Origin: Lama guanicoe
Lineage: Eukaryota
Direction of reading: 5' to 3'
Length of the DNA: 64,000 nt
Assembly (NCBI GenBank): GCA_013239625.1
Contig: MU054049.1
Coordinates: 321,015 to 385,014, forward strand
Positions 27,404 through 40,682 of this stretch are shown here, in pieces. The notes under the pieces are model-generated. The model ran no database searches and was not told the origin of the DNA. It saw nothing but the letters and a program-made list of their open reading frames with translations. Made by a program: the position numbers and the translations under genes. The first letter of the stretch is position 1, and each line of letters begins with the position of its first letter.

Positions 27404-27545
27404 AGGAAGACACGATCTTTTGCATAAAGGGACACTTTGCTGTTTCCTTGGGGCTACTATCCAAGCCTGGCTGTGTAATGGACTCAGTTCCCCCAGTTCC
27501 ACACCCAACCTTGTTTTCAGAAGACAAGACCAAGACAGCACTTGA
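27404..27545 (+). repeat. 142-bp dispersed direct repeat, copy 1
   Basis: Matches 28748-28889 with 4 substitutions counted by eye. Confidence 0.95.
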
Positions 27546-28747
27546 GCATGAAGGGAGAGAGCACTGGGAGTGTGTGTTTGTGACTCCCCAAGAGCAGAGG
27601 TGGCGATGAAGCCAGACTAGAGCAAAGCCAGCCTCCCCAGCCCCGAGGTGTCCCTTTGCCCTCAGATCTACTGAGGACCTCCCAGCCTGTCTCCCGGCAC
27701 CACCCAGTTGTTCTGGAGCGTCTCCTTGCCTCCTCGTGGTCCTGACCTCCTTGCACTCTCCCTCCAGGCAGGACACCCTCCTGGCTGCAGGTACAGACCC
27801 AGCCCTGGCCTCCTCATTTCAGTAATGAGCAGTGACCTCTTTCCATCTCACTAAAATCCCTGATGAACCCAACAAAAATGTATTCGCAGGTTATTTGTTC
27901 TTCTTACACTGCTTTATTTGATTTGCTTTTACGGTGTATCATTCCATCTACCCCACCGCCCACCCCCCAACTTCACATATTTTCCCTGAGGGTCTACAGC
28001 CAGAGTTCATGTGAGCGGCCCTGCTAAACCCCAGGCCTTCCTTACAAATTCCTCACTCATGGTCTTTGACTCTGTCAGGAGCCTGGCAGGCTCCTCACCC
28101 CCTGGATGACTCTCTCCTACAAGCTTGACCTGAAAAGCTACGGGGTAGCCATTGTGTCCCAACGCCATCATGAGCCCTGGAGGCAGCAGTCCGTGCCAGT
28201 GGGCAGACATTAGCTCCCCCAAGGGGTCATTAGAACGCTCATATAAATAAGCTGCTCCCATAAGTATGCCAGCCCAGGGATCCCGGGCAGGCCCTTACGT
28301 GTCCCTATTCTCAATGGCGATCCAGCTTGGACAGTCACAAAAGGACCACACGCCATTTGTTTTGCAGGGTGGGTAACGCAGAGACTCTGGAATGCTGTGT
28401 CTCTTTGATTTGGCCCTTTGATGGCAGTCACTTTAATGTTTCTTTTTATTTTCTGCTTCATACAGGCAGAATTCCCTGCACGTAAGCACTTCAGCACTAG
28501 AGTACCACACTCTTCAGATGTTTCCTGGAGAATCAAATACTGCTAACGTATGTGATTCTGTTTGGCCTGAGAAGTACCTTTTTTACACTGGGTTTGTAAA
28601 AGCACCGGCTCTGGACTGCTCACATCTCAGTGGTGACCCTGCGCAGAAAAGACACCGGCAGAGAACACTGAAGGTGGTCTGTGGGGTATAATTAACCAAA
28701 CCTACTTCCTCTGTATCTGAGAAAGACCTTAAGAAGCATCACCAGGG

Positions 28748-28889
28748 AGGAAGACACGATCTTTTGCATAAAGGGACACTTTGCCGTTTCCTTGGGGCTA
28801 CTATCCAAGCCTGGCTGTGTAGTGGACTCAGTTTCCCCAGTTCCACACCCAACCTCGTTTTCAGAAGACAAGACCAAGACAGCACTTGA
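28748..28889 (+). repeat. 142-bp dispersed direct repeat, copy 2
   Basis: Matches 27404-27545 at an offset of 1344. Confidence 0.95.
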
Positions 28890-29008
28890 TTTGTGAGAGG
28901 GGAACAGAGTCTTACTATTAAATGAATGTTGCCTGTAAGTGTGCTGCAGCCATCCGCTAGGATTAAAGCAATTCCCTTCTGTTCCTAGCTCGCTAAGAAT
29001 TTTCTTTT

Positions 29009-29109
29009 TTTCTCTTTTCTTTCTTTTTTTTTGTTTTTGCCTTGCTATTTTTATTTTATTTTATTTTTAAACATTTTTATTGAGTTATAATCATTTTACA
29101 ATGTTGCGT
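29009..29109 (-). mobile_element. Extremely 5'-truncated young L1 with 13-bp TSD
   Basis: agaattttctttt at 28996-29008 and 29110-29122 flanks a T-rich tail plus aacatttttattgagttataatcattttacaatgttgcg. Confidence 0.75.
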
Positions 29110-30289
29110 AGAATTTTCTTTTCTTTTCCCAAATCAAAAATGGATACCAGACTTCATCAGAATTTTTTTGCAGCATCTATTGAGCTGTCCATAGGATTTT
29201 CTGTCTTAACCCATTAGTGTGATGAATCACATCTATTGATGTCACATTGTTAAACCAATTTGGCATTCCTAGAATAAACCCAACTTGGCCATGATATGTT
29301 ACCCTTTTTATATTGCCAGGAAAAAATTGTGACAGGCTTTGAAATGAGCCAAAAGGAATACTTGGTGTTCTCAATAGAAAACCAGGAATTTTTAAATTTT
29401 AGATAACCTGATTTTACGGGTACTTTCATAGTCTTTGAGCTATTTTCAACTCTGTAATTGTAGATAACTGACAGCAATGCAAAATGATTCTTATCTGTAG
29501 ACATGTAAATTAAATCTGCCCAGTAGAGGGACAACTGATTTTTCTTCCTACCCACTATGGTAAAAGGCAACTGATCATCTATTTGTAAATTTCAGCATTT
29601 ATGTGTGATTATTTAAAACTGCAGTGTGGATGCTATACTGTATTGTATAAGTTATAGGTGCACAATATAGTGATTTATAATTTTTAAAGGTTATACTTCA
29701 TTTAAAGTTATTGCAAAATAATGACTATACTCCTTGTGGTGTATAGTATATCCTCACATCTTCTTTTATACCAAATTATGCTTTTTTTTACTTTTCCTGA
29801 GAACTAACTAGCTTATGGGTTCCCTCATTAATTGATGAGTTAAAAAAATTTTGACTTGTATATATTTAATATTATGAGAGTAATAATTATGCTTTCTTTA
29901 AAAATTGTCTCTTAACAGTTTATTTCTAGATTCAATTTGCTACCACTTTGTTAAGGATACATAATATATGTTCATGAGTCAAACTGACCTGACATGTTCT
30001 CATAGTTTCCTTTTTGGTTTTGGTATCAGTGTTATGCTAACCTTTTTCTTTTCTCTCAAAGAATTGAATATGATTGGAGTAATTTCTTATTATTTTTTAG
30101 AATTTCGCAGTGAAGCCACCTTGACTTGACATTTTTATTGTGGAATGGTTTCAACTGTGAATCAGTTTCTTTGAAAATTTAGACCTATCATGATTTTCTA
30201 TTTTAATTGTATTAGTTTCAGTTTTTTTTTTTGAGGAATCTATCCATTTCCAGTATAAACTTATTCATATTCTCTCATTTTCTTTTTAA

Positions 30290-31525
30290 TTTTCCAACTT
30301 TTTATTGAGGTATAATTGACGTATAACATTATAGTAGTTTTGGGTTTACAACATAATGGTTCAATATTTGTACATATTACAAAATGATAACCACAGTAAG
30401 TCTAGTTAACATCCTTTACCATACATAGTTTAAAAATTTTTTTTTCTTGTGATGAGGACTTTTAAGATCTACTCTTTTAGCAATCTTCAAATATGCAATA
30501 TGGCATTAACTATAGTCACCATGCTATATATTGTATTCCCATGATTTATTTTATAACTGGAAGTTTGTACCTTTTGACCCTCTTCACTCATTTCATCCAC
30601 CCCCAGCTTCTGCCTCAGGTAGCCACCAATCTGTTCTCTGTATCCATGAACTTGGATTTCTTGCCTGTTTGTTTTTTAGATTCTACATATAAGTGAGATC
30701 ATATAGTATTTGGTTCTCTCCGTCTGATTTATTTAAGTTAGAATAAGGCCCTCAAGGCCTAGCCATGTTGTTGAAAACGGCAAGATTTCATTCTTTTTTG
30801 TTGCTGAGTAGTATTCCATTGTGTGTGTGTGCGCGTGCACACACACACACACACCCACACACCCACATCTTCTTTATCCATTCACCCATCGATGGACACA
30901 GACTGTTTCTTTATCTTGGCTATTGTAAATAATGCTGCAGTGAACTTGGGGTGCATGTATCTTTTCAAATTAGTGTTTTCATTTTCTTTGGATATATACC
31001 CAGAAGCGGAATTGCTGGATCGTATGGTAGTTCTATTTTTAATTTTTTGAGGAACCTCCATACTGTTTTCTGCAGTGGCTGCACCAATTTACATTCCCAC
31101 CAACAGTGCACAAGGGTTCCCTTTTCTCCACATCCTTGCCACTTCTAACAGGTGTGAAGTGATAGCTCACTGTAGTTTTGATTTGCATTTTCCTGATGAT
31201 CAGTGATGCTGAGCATCTTTTCTTGTACGTTTTGGACATCTGTGTCTTCTTTGGAAAAAAACATCTACTCAGATCATCTGCCCATTTTTCAAATCCGATT
31301 GCTTGGTTTTTGTTGTTTTTGTTTGTTTGCCATTGAGTTGTATGAGTTCTTTATATATGTTGGATATTAACCCATTACCATTATTACATAATTTACAAAT
31401 ATTTTATCCCATTCAATAGGCTTCCTTTTTCATTTTGTTGAGGTTTCCCCTTTGCTGTGTGGAAGCTCTTTAGTTTTATGTACTTGCACTTATTTATTTT
31501 TGCTTTTGTTGCTTTTGCTTTTAGA
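30290..31525 (-). mobile_element. L1 3' fragment nested in older L1 sequence
   Basis: tttattgaggtataattgac start. Minus [43 protein letters not shown] is L1 ORF2-like. Confidence 0.85.
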
Positions 31526-33903
31526 GCCTGCATTTCCTTTTTTTTTTAAGTCTCCAGATTCTATAATAAAATTACCTTTGTTTCCCCCCATTCTTGTTCT
31601 TTGTTATTTGTGCCTTCTCTCACTTACCTGGATCAGCCTTACTAGAACTAGTTTTGATCAAGCTTTGTTGATTCTCCTTACATGCAATGTTTGTTTTATG
31701 TCATTCATTTCTAATCTTAACTTCCATTGATCTTAATTAAAAAGGTTTAAGGTTATGCATTTGCTTTAGCTCTCTCACATAAGTTTTTAATCGTACTACT
31801 TTCATTATCAGTCCAAGCTTACTTTGATTATGATTTTTCCTGTCTCAATATTTATTTTAAAATGAATTTCTTAAGTTTCAGATATATGTGGCTTTTCCAG
31901 TTATCATTCTGTTACTTATTTCTAGCATAATAGCATTTGGTTTAGAAAACATGCTGCTTATGATTTCAATATTTTGAAATAAATTGAAATTTGATTTATG
32001 GCCCAGGTTATGGTCATTTTTTGGCAGGGGAGTATTATAAGTGTCATGAGAGCTTAAAAAAAGTATATTCTCCAGTAGCTAGGTGCAGTGATTTACATAC
32101 GTTCTTTGGTCAATTGGGTACATCATGGTCTTTTATAGTTTCACTGACTTTTTTCTTTGACTTATACAACAGAAATTTATTTTCTTAAAATTCTGAAGGG
32201 TTAAAGGGTGAGATCAGGATATTTACAGGGTTGGTTCCTTCTCAAGCCTCTCTCCTTGGCTTGTAGATGGCTGCTTCTTCCTATGGTCTCACTGATTTCT
32301 GTCTGCTTGTTCTATTAATTACTAAGAGATGTTTTGCTCATACTATACCCATTCTTCCCCATTTTTAAATGATTATATCCACTTTGTTAGGTCATACAGT
32401 CATTTGCATACTACCTTTCTCCCACAAGGAGAAAATTCACCCACAAAACTCTTTTGTATGTTAAGATGTTAAATATATAGGTTTTCCAGTTCTGTTCCCT
32501 CCCTCACTTTTATTTGGACCTCCTCTTTTCCCCGTTACCCCTGTTCTGCTCAATTTTGATAGTAGTTTCTCCTCAGTGTGGGACTCTGTTCTGGAAGAGA
32601 GTCATGGCTGGGCAGCTTTTAGAGTAGATAAGACCTAGACTGCTCCAACCCCTGGTGGCCTTACCAAGTGCAGCTGGCACGCACTCACTTTTGAAGAGGA
32701 CAATTGTGCTACTCATCCAGTTTCCACTGCTGTTCCCAGATAAGCCCACCACACTTTCCAGTGAATACCTGCTGGCTATTTCGGCTGTTTTGGGGTCCAT
32801 CTGTTTGTAAATAAAACAGGTCTTTCACCACAGAGCTTGAGAAGCACTGATGAAGGAATCAGAGAGGGAAGAGCTGAGTGTTAAGAAGGCTTCCTGGAAG
32901 AAGAGCCATGGCTCTGAGGCCATAAAGGGCAGTCAAGGTAGGAATCAATGTTGACATTCCCCAGGGCTCTGCTCTTGGCCTCATCTCAGTTTCTCTGGGG
33001 GAGCTCATCCATTCCCATGCCTTCAAACATCACCTTCAAGGAAAACATTCCCCAAGGTCTACGTCTTCAGCTCAGGAATCCTTTTAACATGAGACTTGCA
33101 GAGACACCTGGAGGTCCCACAGGCATAACAAATTCAGCATAGATCAAACTGAGCATCTGTCTTACCCCCAAACTTTGTCACAGCATCTCACAAGTTGTGA
33201 TACGTTGTGTTTTCATTTTATTTCAAAATATTTTTCTAATTTATCTTTACTTTTTTGTTGTTTGACCCGTAAGTTTTTCAGAAGTACACTGTTAAATTTC
33301 CAAATACTTTGGAATTTTTGACATATTTTTATGTTATTGATTTCTAGTTAATTCCATGAACATACTTTTATAGTGCCTTTCCTTTTAATTATATTGAGAC
33401 TTATTTTGAACCCCAAATATAATCTCTTGGTGAATGTTCTATGTGCACTTGAAAAAAAGTGCATATTCTGCTGCAGTGTTCTACAAATGTCAACTAGGTC
33501 AAGCCGGTTGGTAGTGTTATCCACATCTTTTACATCCTGATTCTCTGTCTACTCATTTTATCAATTACTAAGAGAAGAATGAGGAGTCTGTGGAGTCTGT
33601 TTCTTGTCTATTTTGTTCCGTTGATCTACTCATGTATCTCTGCCCCAGTATCACATTGTTTTAACTAGTATGACTTTGATCACTTTGATATTATTTCTAA
33701 GGCAAACTCTCTCCCTTCCCCACAATTAATTTTCCTTTTCAAAAATACCTTGGTTCTTTGCATGCATTTACTATTCATTTAGGATAAGAGCATCAACTGG
33801 TCAAGCTCTTGGTAAGTTTAATCTCAAATATTTTATACATTTTATAAAATATATGTTATATGTCCCCGTTGCTCAGAGATCTTTTCCTATTAAAGGCAGA
33901 TAA

Positions 33904-34114
33904 CAGGAGTTGACCAGCTTTTTCTTTAAAGGGCCAGATGATAAATATTTCAGACTTTACGGGCCATATGACCTCGGCAACTTCTAACCTTGCCTTTGCC
34001 ATTGTTGCACAATAGCAGCTACAGACAACATGTAAAGAAATGGCCATAACATTTTATTTATAAAAACAAGTGATGGGTCAGATTTGGCCTGCAGACCATA
34101 GTTTGCTGACCCCG
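33904..34114. mobile_element. MER58A-like hAT-Charlie MITE
   Basis: caggagttgaccagctttttctttaaagggccagatg...gatttggcctgcagaccatagtttgctgacccc with terminal inverted repeats. Confidence 0.75.
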
Positions 34115-35060
34115 GATATAGAGAAAGATTAGTTTTTGGCACATAGGTATCTTTTCTCCAGGCTCCACAATGAATTTCTAATATTACACTTTAGCTGAGT
34201 CTACTATTTCTATGTGGGCAAAATATACAAACAAAAGACCATTGTGTTCTAATTTTCTAATATTTATACCAATCATTCCTTTTCGTAGTCTTATTGTCTA
34301 GATAATGCTAGCGCAGTACTCAGCTATAGTGCTAACAGGAGGTACTGTTTTGTTAATCGGAAGGCCCCATTTTTTCAACTCCAAATATGCTGCTATTAGC
34401 GTCCAAAAAGTGTTCAAGTTTCAGATATGATGGCTGCATTCAGTATCTTTAAAGATTCCTTCTAATTTAAATTGTTTCATTATGAGGTCATTACTTATTG
34501 CTTTTTGATTGTGGCTGTAAATAAACTGAGAACTCCACCAAGCAATCCAGCACCCCCACTGAATACCACTCACCTGCTTTTACTTACTGAATACTTTCCA
34601 ATCTTCTGGCTCAATTACTTGAACCTCAAGATAACATAGAAGAAAATTAATTCTTCCCAGGTATTAAGAAAAATTAAGTAGGAAATGAAACTTATTTGTT
34701 TTAGAGTTATTTAAGGTATTTTCCTTTGAGATTTTTCAATAAAAATAAATCACTGAAATGACCTTTGGGTAAGAATTTTAAACTTAATTGAACATTCAAT
34801 AGTGTTCTAGACAGATTGGGGGTGAGAGGTCCAAAGAAAAAGAAATTATTAAGACTTATATGAGAATAAAACCTACAATGTTTATTTCTGAAAAGTTTGG
34901 GTCCAACATATAAGTCCAACTTCAAAAATATGTATTTAAAGTTGAAAGCTAACATATGCATATATGCTTATATTTAAATATTTTTAAAATTCCTCTAAAT
35001 AAGCGTTCATATACTCACAAAGGTATCAATGGGAACATTCATATCCTAGGCAAAAATTGA

Positions 35061-36929
35061 TTTATTGTTGATATGAAACTTAGTATTTCAATTAGTCAAA
35101 CATTTTCAGTTTGGAATTTGCTTTCCAAAAATGAAATAAAAACAAATGCAATCAATATTTCCATATATACTTATTTAATTTACCTGAAAAACTAAAAATT
35201 AGTCCAGCTATAAAAATATGAGGCACACATTAAAGAAGAGACATGTTTACTACCAAGAATTGTGGAATAATTCTTTGCAAGAACACTTCAAGGCCCAAAT
35301 AATAAAAATACTTCAGGCAATATATAGTAAATCTTTTAATTTAAATAATAGCATAGAGTCCTTCTCAGAAATATTATTGTACATTATATCTGTTATTTTA
35401 CAGTAATAGAGAGTAAATAAAATTAGTAATACAAATATTTAAAGCCAATCATCAGAATTAACATTTATTTATATAAACCATGTAAATAAGTAAAAATCAT
35501 CAATTCCATTTAATATAAAGTATATTTCTGGAATGTAATTATTTTTTAAATGAGAATTATCAATTTTAATTCAACCAATTCAAGTATTCATTCAGCCAAG
35601 AGAACAAAATAAGCCCCTTAAAAATTCAAGATTTACAAATTAATATTAGAAATGTTTTCAATATAGTGTTAGGCTATTCTGATCTCTACTGAATTACATC
35701 ATACAGAGACATGTATCACTTGCTTCATAGTTTGTAATCAGGTATAACTGGTCACTAAAATTCCTTGACCAAAATATCACTATAATTGGATGAGGTAATA
35801 TCCTGTAATAAGACGAATGTAATAATGGCCACATCTTTTTAAAAACAGAATATGGAAGTTTTCGTTTTGGCAACTATGAATTTGGTTTTCCAAAATCTGG
35901 TTCCCAAAACCCATTTCTAAATGTTATAGCAGAGGTGGGGCAGTAATGGAAAGAAATGATTTAATGGGACCCTGAAGAAAAAAATAATTATCATAGATTT
36001 CAGTCTGAAAAATATATCTGGCATAAGCGATACTCAGAAGTACGTAATGATGCTGGTATCAGAGTTCATTGGTTAGCCAAAGGGCAGAGAGTAAGAGGTA
36101 AGTGAAAGGTAATATTTGCTTTTAACAAAGCAGACTGGGTAATATGTTAAGTGTTAGGGTGGGATAGGAAAGAACTCAAGACGGGCAAAAATTTCCTTTT
36201 GGACTTTCTATATAAACATCTACTTTAGTTTTGGACCTTTCACCAGTGTGCTCATGTGATGGAGAGGAGGAACTCTGCCCACCCAGGAAAATACTTCCCA
36301 GACCAACAGGTCTTTGTCCAGCTGCTCGAGAAAGGCAGCTTGTCCTCTGAGGTTCCTGGGGCCCCACAGGAGTGCAGAAGTACAGGAAAATGGAATCCAA
36401 TTTGTGTAGAAAGTTAACCCATCCTATTTGGACTCTTCAGTAACCTAAGTTAATCAAATACCACCTAACAGTACAGCCTCTAGCTAAAAACCATGGATAA
36501 TGGATAAGTGTCTACCTTGAAAATGCCTGTTAAGAGGTCATGATGTGATCCTGTGATCTTGTGATCCTGAAAATTCTCAGCTCCCGTTAGCTGTCTTTCC
36601 AAATAAAATCTTAAATAATACAGTTTAAGTCCTCTACCGAGCTCTGTAATCCCTTCAACCAAATAGGCTGCAGTTGTTTTACATAACTTTCATTTCATTG
36701 GAAAATGTGGGAGGGTACCTGCTATTACCTAAGTAAGGTCAGTGGGTAAACACCGTTCACCCCGAATCCAACGATGCTGCCTTCAGGGATTTGCCAGGAA
36801 GAAAGTCAAATGATACACCAAGAAAGCACATTTGCAGGAGCAAGCCCTTCAGCACAGCTTGAACATATTCTTTGTGAGGAAGCTCCAAGCCATTTGGTAA
36901 TTTCAAGTGTGAGGCAACAGAAGTCTTTC
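35061..36929 (-). other. Probable PTPN20 3' UTR with candidate poly(A) signals
   Basis: AT-rich sequence with no repeat I recognise after the stop. Minus-strand AATAAA at 35464-35469 and 35061-35066, ATTAAA at 35174-35179. The true end cannot be determined. Confidence 0.45.
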
Positions 36930-36995
36930 TTACTTTAAAGTCAGAAGCTTATGAAGAATTTCATGCACAATTTTATACCAAAAGGTATACTGCTC
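36930..36995 (-). pseudogene. PTPN20: PTPN20 last coding exon (EQYTFWYKIVHEILHKLLTLK*)
   Basis: Acceptor tatttag at 36996-36997 and TAA at 36930-36932. Resembles the recalled human C-terminus EQYHFCYDIVLEVLRKLLTLD. Confidence 0.9.
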
Positions 36996-37539
36996 CTAAA
37001 TACATCTATATGAAAGACAATGGAATGTTAACTGAATACCAACATCCACTTTCAGAGAACACATTTGTAATTTCCTACCACAAAAAGCAAACATTTAACC
37101 AAGAACCTCTTCATGTAAACATATTTTAAATACCAGGTAGATAAATGATAATATAGTTCTTGGTATAGAACCAGTTAACTAAAGGTTAACTGAACAGAGG
37201 AGAAACTGCCTCTTAATCTCACTCTCTTTATATCTTCACTGGATAAATCAAATTTGAACTCCTTTTTTTCAGGTCTCTCAGGCACCCCTAGTCCAAATGA
37301 AACACTTCATATCATTCAACATTGCCTAAAAAAAACCCTAAAAAAGATTTAGGGGTACCTGTTTTTCATTATCCATATTTTCTTGATTACCCCAATGATT
37401 AACATAACTAATCTATGAAATAAATGTCTTTTTTATGACATGCCAATGACTGATATGTTTAGTTCCAAGTAAATATCCCAAAACTGCTATCCAGAAGTTT
37501 ATGGAAATAACTTTAGGTATGTTACTTAAATAACAAGAC

Positions 37540-37780
37540 ATTATGGACAAAGCACATGTGTGGGCATCAGAAGTCTTCAGTTTCAGTCCTGGCTCCTCCC
37601 CTTGCTATCTGAATGACCTTAGCAAACAAACTTCTTCACCCTGAACTTGCAGTACTTCATCAGTAATAGAAGAGCAAAACTCTTGTCTATCTCAAACAGT
37701 GAGAATTCAACGACATCATGTAGGCAAAAGAGCTTTATACATTGTAATGTGCTATACAGTGTTCATCTTCATATTCAATA
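37540..37780 (+). mobile_element. MIR SINE
   Basis: cagtttcagtcctggctcc...gctatctgaatgaccttagcaaac core. Confidence 0.55.
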
Positions 37781-37811
37781 TTGTTATTAGAATTTATGTG
37801 GTGAGACTTAC

Positions 37812-37874
37812 CTTTGTTTGGATCATTCTATAACGTTGTTCTCTCATTTGGCCCACTATATTCATGATGTTGAA
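37812..37874 (-). pseudogene. PTPN20: PTPN20 penultimate exon (FNIMNIVGQMREQRYRMIQTK, Q-loop)
   Basis: 63 nt, acceptor attacag, donor gtaagt, PTP Q-loop motif. Confidence 0.92.
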
Positions 37875-38719
37875 CTGTAATAGGATGACGATAATTTTGT
37901 ATTATCCATATAGGGGGAAAACACAAACTCACAGATGCCAAATGAGAACTCCATATTTCTTTCAAGTAAAAGATATATCACAATTTAACCAGAAAGTTCT
38001 CATTTTCAGTCATAAGAAAATGTACTACGTTCAATCTAGTCTAATGGATAAGTAAGACTTGTTTAAATGGGTTTCCAGGAAAAAACAGGAAGCAATCATT
38101 TATAATAAGAAATGCTCTCCAAAAGAAATAACAACAAATTTGCCCCTGTGTATACTTTCCTGTTCTCCAAAGGGAGAACTTAAAGCAGCACTATGATTTT
38201 GGAAAATTCTGAAGCACAGAAGACATTTTCTGGCCACAACAGTAACACAGCTGTTTCTTATATAAAGAGCCCACTCAGCTCAATTGGAGACCCTGAGCAC
38301 CAGTTGGCCCAACACCAGATTCTGCACCTGCGCTTTACCAGTGTGGTTGCTAAGATGGTGCAGGTCTGCAAAGGGCTGTTGCTAGACCACAATGAGATTA
38401 GTCTAGAAACTGGTACCAAGTGTTTAGAAACTCTCACAGCAACCTGACAGTGGCACAGCATCGAGAAGCCTCATCAGCGGAACAGAATCTAGACCAGCTC
38501 AGGTGCTGCTGAACTTGCCTGAAAAGTTACGTGTGGTGCACTGAGGACCAGCCATGTGCAGCAAGATCATGTTGACATGCGCAGCAAGACCATGAAATTT
38601 TAAAGTTTGTCAACTATAATCCAAAAGTATGTAAAAATCAGAGAAAATGTTAGCATTCCTTTATTTTTATAACTTGTCATTTCTATAATTTAAAATTTTA
38701 ATTAAGCCTTAAACATTTT

Positions 38720-39916
38720 AAATTGAAATAATTATAGATACATAGTAAGTTGCAAAAAAAAAAACTGTGCAGAGAGATTCTGTGTATCCTTCACCCAGTT
38801 TCCCCCAATGATACCGTCCTATATAACTAGAGTATAATATATCAAAACCAGGAAATTGACATTGATATAATCCAGAGATTACTCAGATTTTGCCAGTTTT
38901 ACACAGTAATCATTTGTGAGTGTATGCATGTATGTGTCAGTGTGTGTAGTTCTATACAATGTTGTCACACATGAAGATTCAGATAACTGCAACCACAATC
39001 AAGATACAACACTGTCCCCCTACAAGACTTCCACCTGCTATCCATTAGAACTACTCACCCATCTCAATCCCCAACCCTTGGCAACCAGTAATCTATTCTC
39101 CATGTCTGCAGTTGTGTTATTCCAAGAGGATTATACAATGAAGTCATGTAATATCTAACTTTCTGAGATTGATTTTTTTTCATTTAGCCTAATTGCCTTG
39201 AGATTTTTTGAAACTATCAATAGTTCATTTTTTATTGCTAAATAGTATTCCACAGTATGGATGTAAACCAATTTTTTTAACCATCAACTTTTTGAAGGAC
39301 ACCTAAGTTATTTTTCCAGTTTTTGGCTATTCTAAATAGATCAGCTATGAACATTTATGTACAGGTTTTTGTGTGAATGTAAGTTTTCATTTCTCTGGAA
39401 TAAATAGCCAAGCATGCTATTACTATGGTTCCATGGCAAGTTTAGTTTAGTTTTGCTTTTGCTTTTTTTTAAAACAAATTTTAAAACTCTTCTCCAGCCT
39501 GGGTCTACCATTTTACATGTCCACAAGCAATGTATAAGTAATCTAGGTTTCTCAAATCTTCACCAGAATTTGGTATTGTCATTATTTTTTATATTAGTTT
39601 TTTTTTCTGATAGATATCCAATGATATTTCATCATGGTTTTAATTTCATGTCCCTAAAAGCTAATGAAGCTGAGCATCTTTTCATGTGTTTATTTGTCAT
39701 CACTACATCCTGTTGAAATGTCAAGTCTTTTACCCATTTTCTAACTGAATTTTTTTCATTTTTGTTTTTTCTTATTCTTGAGTTTTGACGGTTCTTTATA
39801 TATTCTAAATGTAAGACCTCTTCTGGATATGTGGCTTGCTGCAGTCTCTCCAAGTCTGTAGCTTGTCTTTTCATCCACTTCGTAGGGTCTTTCACAGAAC
39901 AAATGATTTTAATTTG
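38720..39916 (-). mobile_element. Old L1 3' portion
   Basis: Minus ORF fragment NKHMKRCSASLAFRDMKLK resembles L1 ORF2, followed by L1 3' UTR motifs. Confidence 0.8.
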
Positions 39917-40682
39917 CTTTCCCCCTAATATCAGTGATGGCAAGAATGTCTTCTCTCACCTCTCATATTCAACACAACACTTGAAGTTCCAGATAGTATA
40001 GTAAGAACAGAAAAAGAAGTAAGAGGCAAACATACTAGAAAGGAAGAGATAAGTCTGTCCCTACTTGCACATAGAATGATCATCTATGTAGAAAATCCCA
40101 AGAAATCTAAAAACAAAATAAAACAGAACAAAAAACCTCTTACAACTGATGAGTGAGTTCAACAGGATCACAGGATACAAGATCCCCATGTAAAAATCAA
40201 TTGCATTTCTACATACATATACACACAATCAACATGATAGTGAAAACATAATACCACTTATAACTGTTCCAAAGAAAATGAAACAGGTTAAATCTAAAAA
40301 AAATTGTACAGAATCTATATGCTGAAAATGACAAAATGCTGATGAAAGAAATCAAGGAAGACCTAAATAAATGGAGACATGCCTCATTCACACTGGAAGA
40401 TCCAACATAGTAAAAATGTCCATTCATCCTATCAAAATCCCTCAAGCTTTTTTGTAAACATAGACAAGCTAATTTTAAAATTTCCATGGAAAGGCACAGA
40501 CCTGTAATAGTTAAAACAATTTTGAAAGAGAAAGATTCACTCTATCTGATGTTAAGACTTATTATAAAGCTACAGGAATTCAAAGTTGGTATTAACGAAA
40601 TGATAGACACACAGATCAATGAAACAGAATATGGAACTGGACATAGGCTCCATACAAATACTCCCAATTATTTTTGACAAAG
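39917..40682 (+). mobile_element. L1 ORF2 fragment, inverted relative to the adjacent 3' portion
   Basis: ctttccccctaatatcag...catctatgtagaaaatcccaag...gaagacctaaataaatggagaca...ttttgacaaag. Confidence 0.8.

Noticed and set aside
27081..27776. 231-aa minus-strand ORF
   Set aside because: No domain recognised. Its shared peptide with ORF 28692..28877 is explained by the 142-bp duplication.
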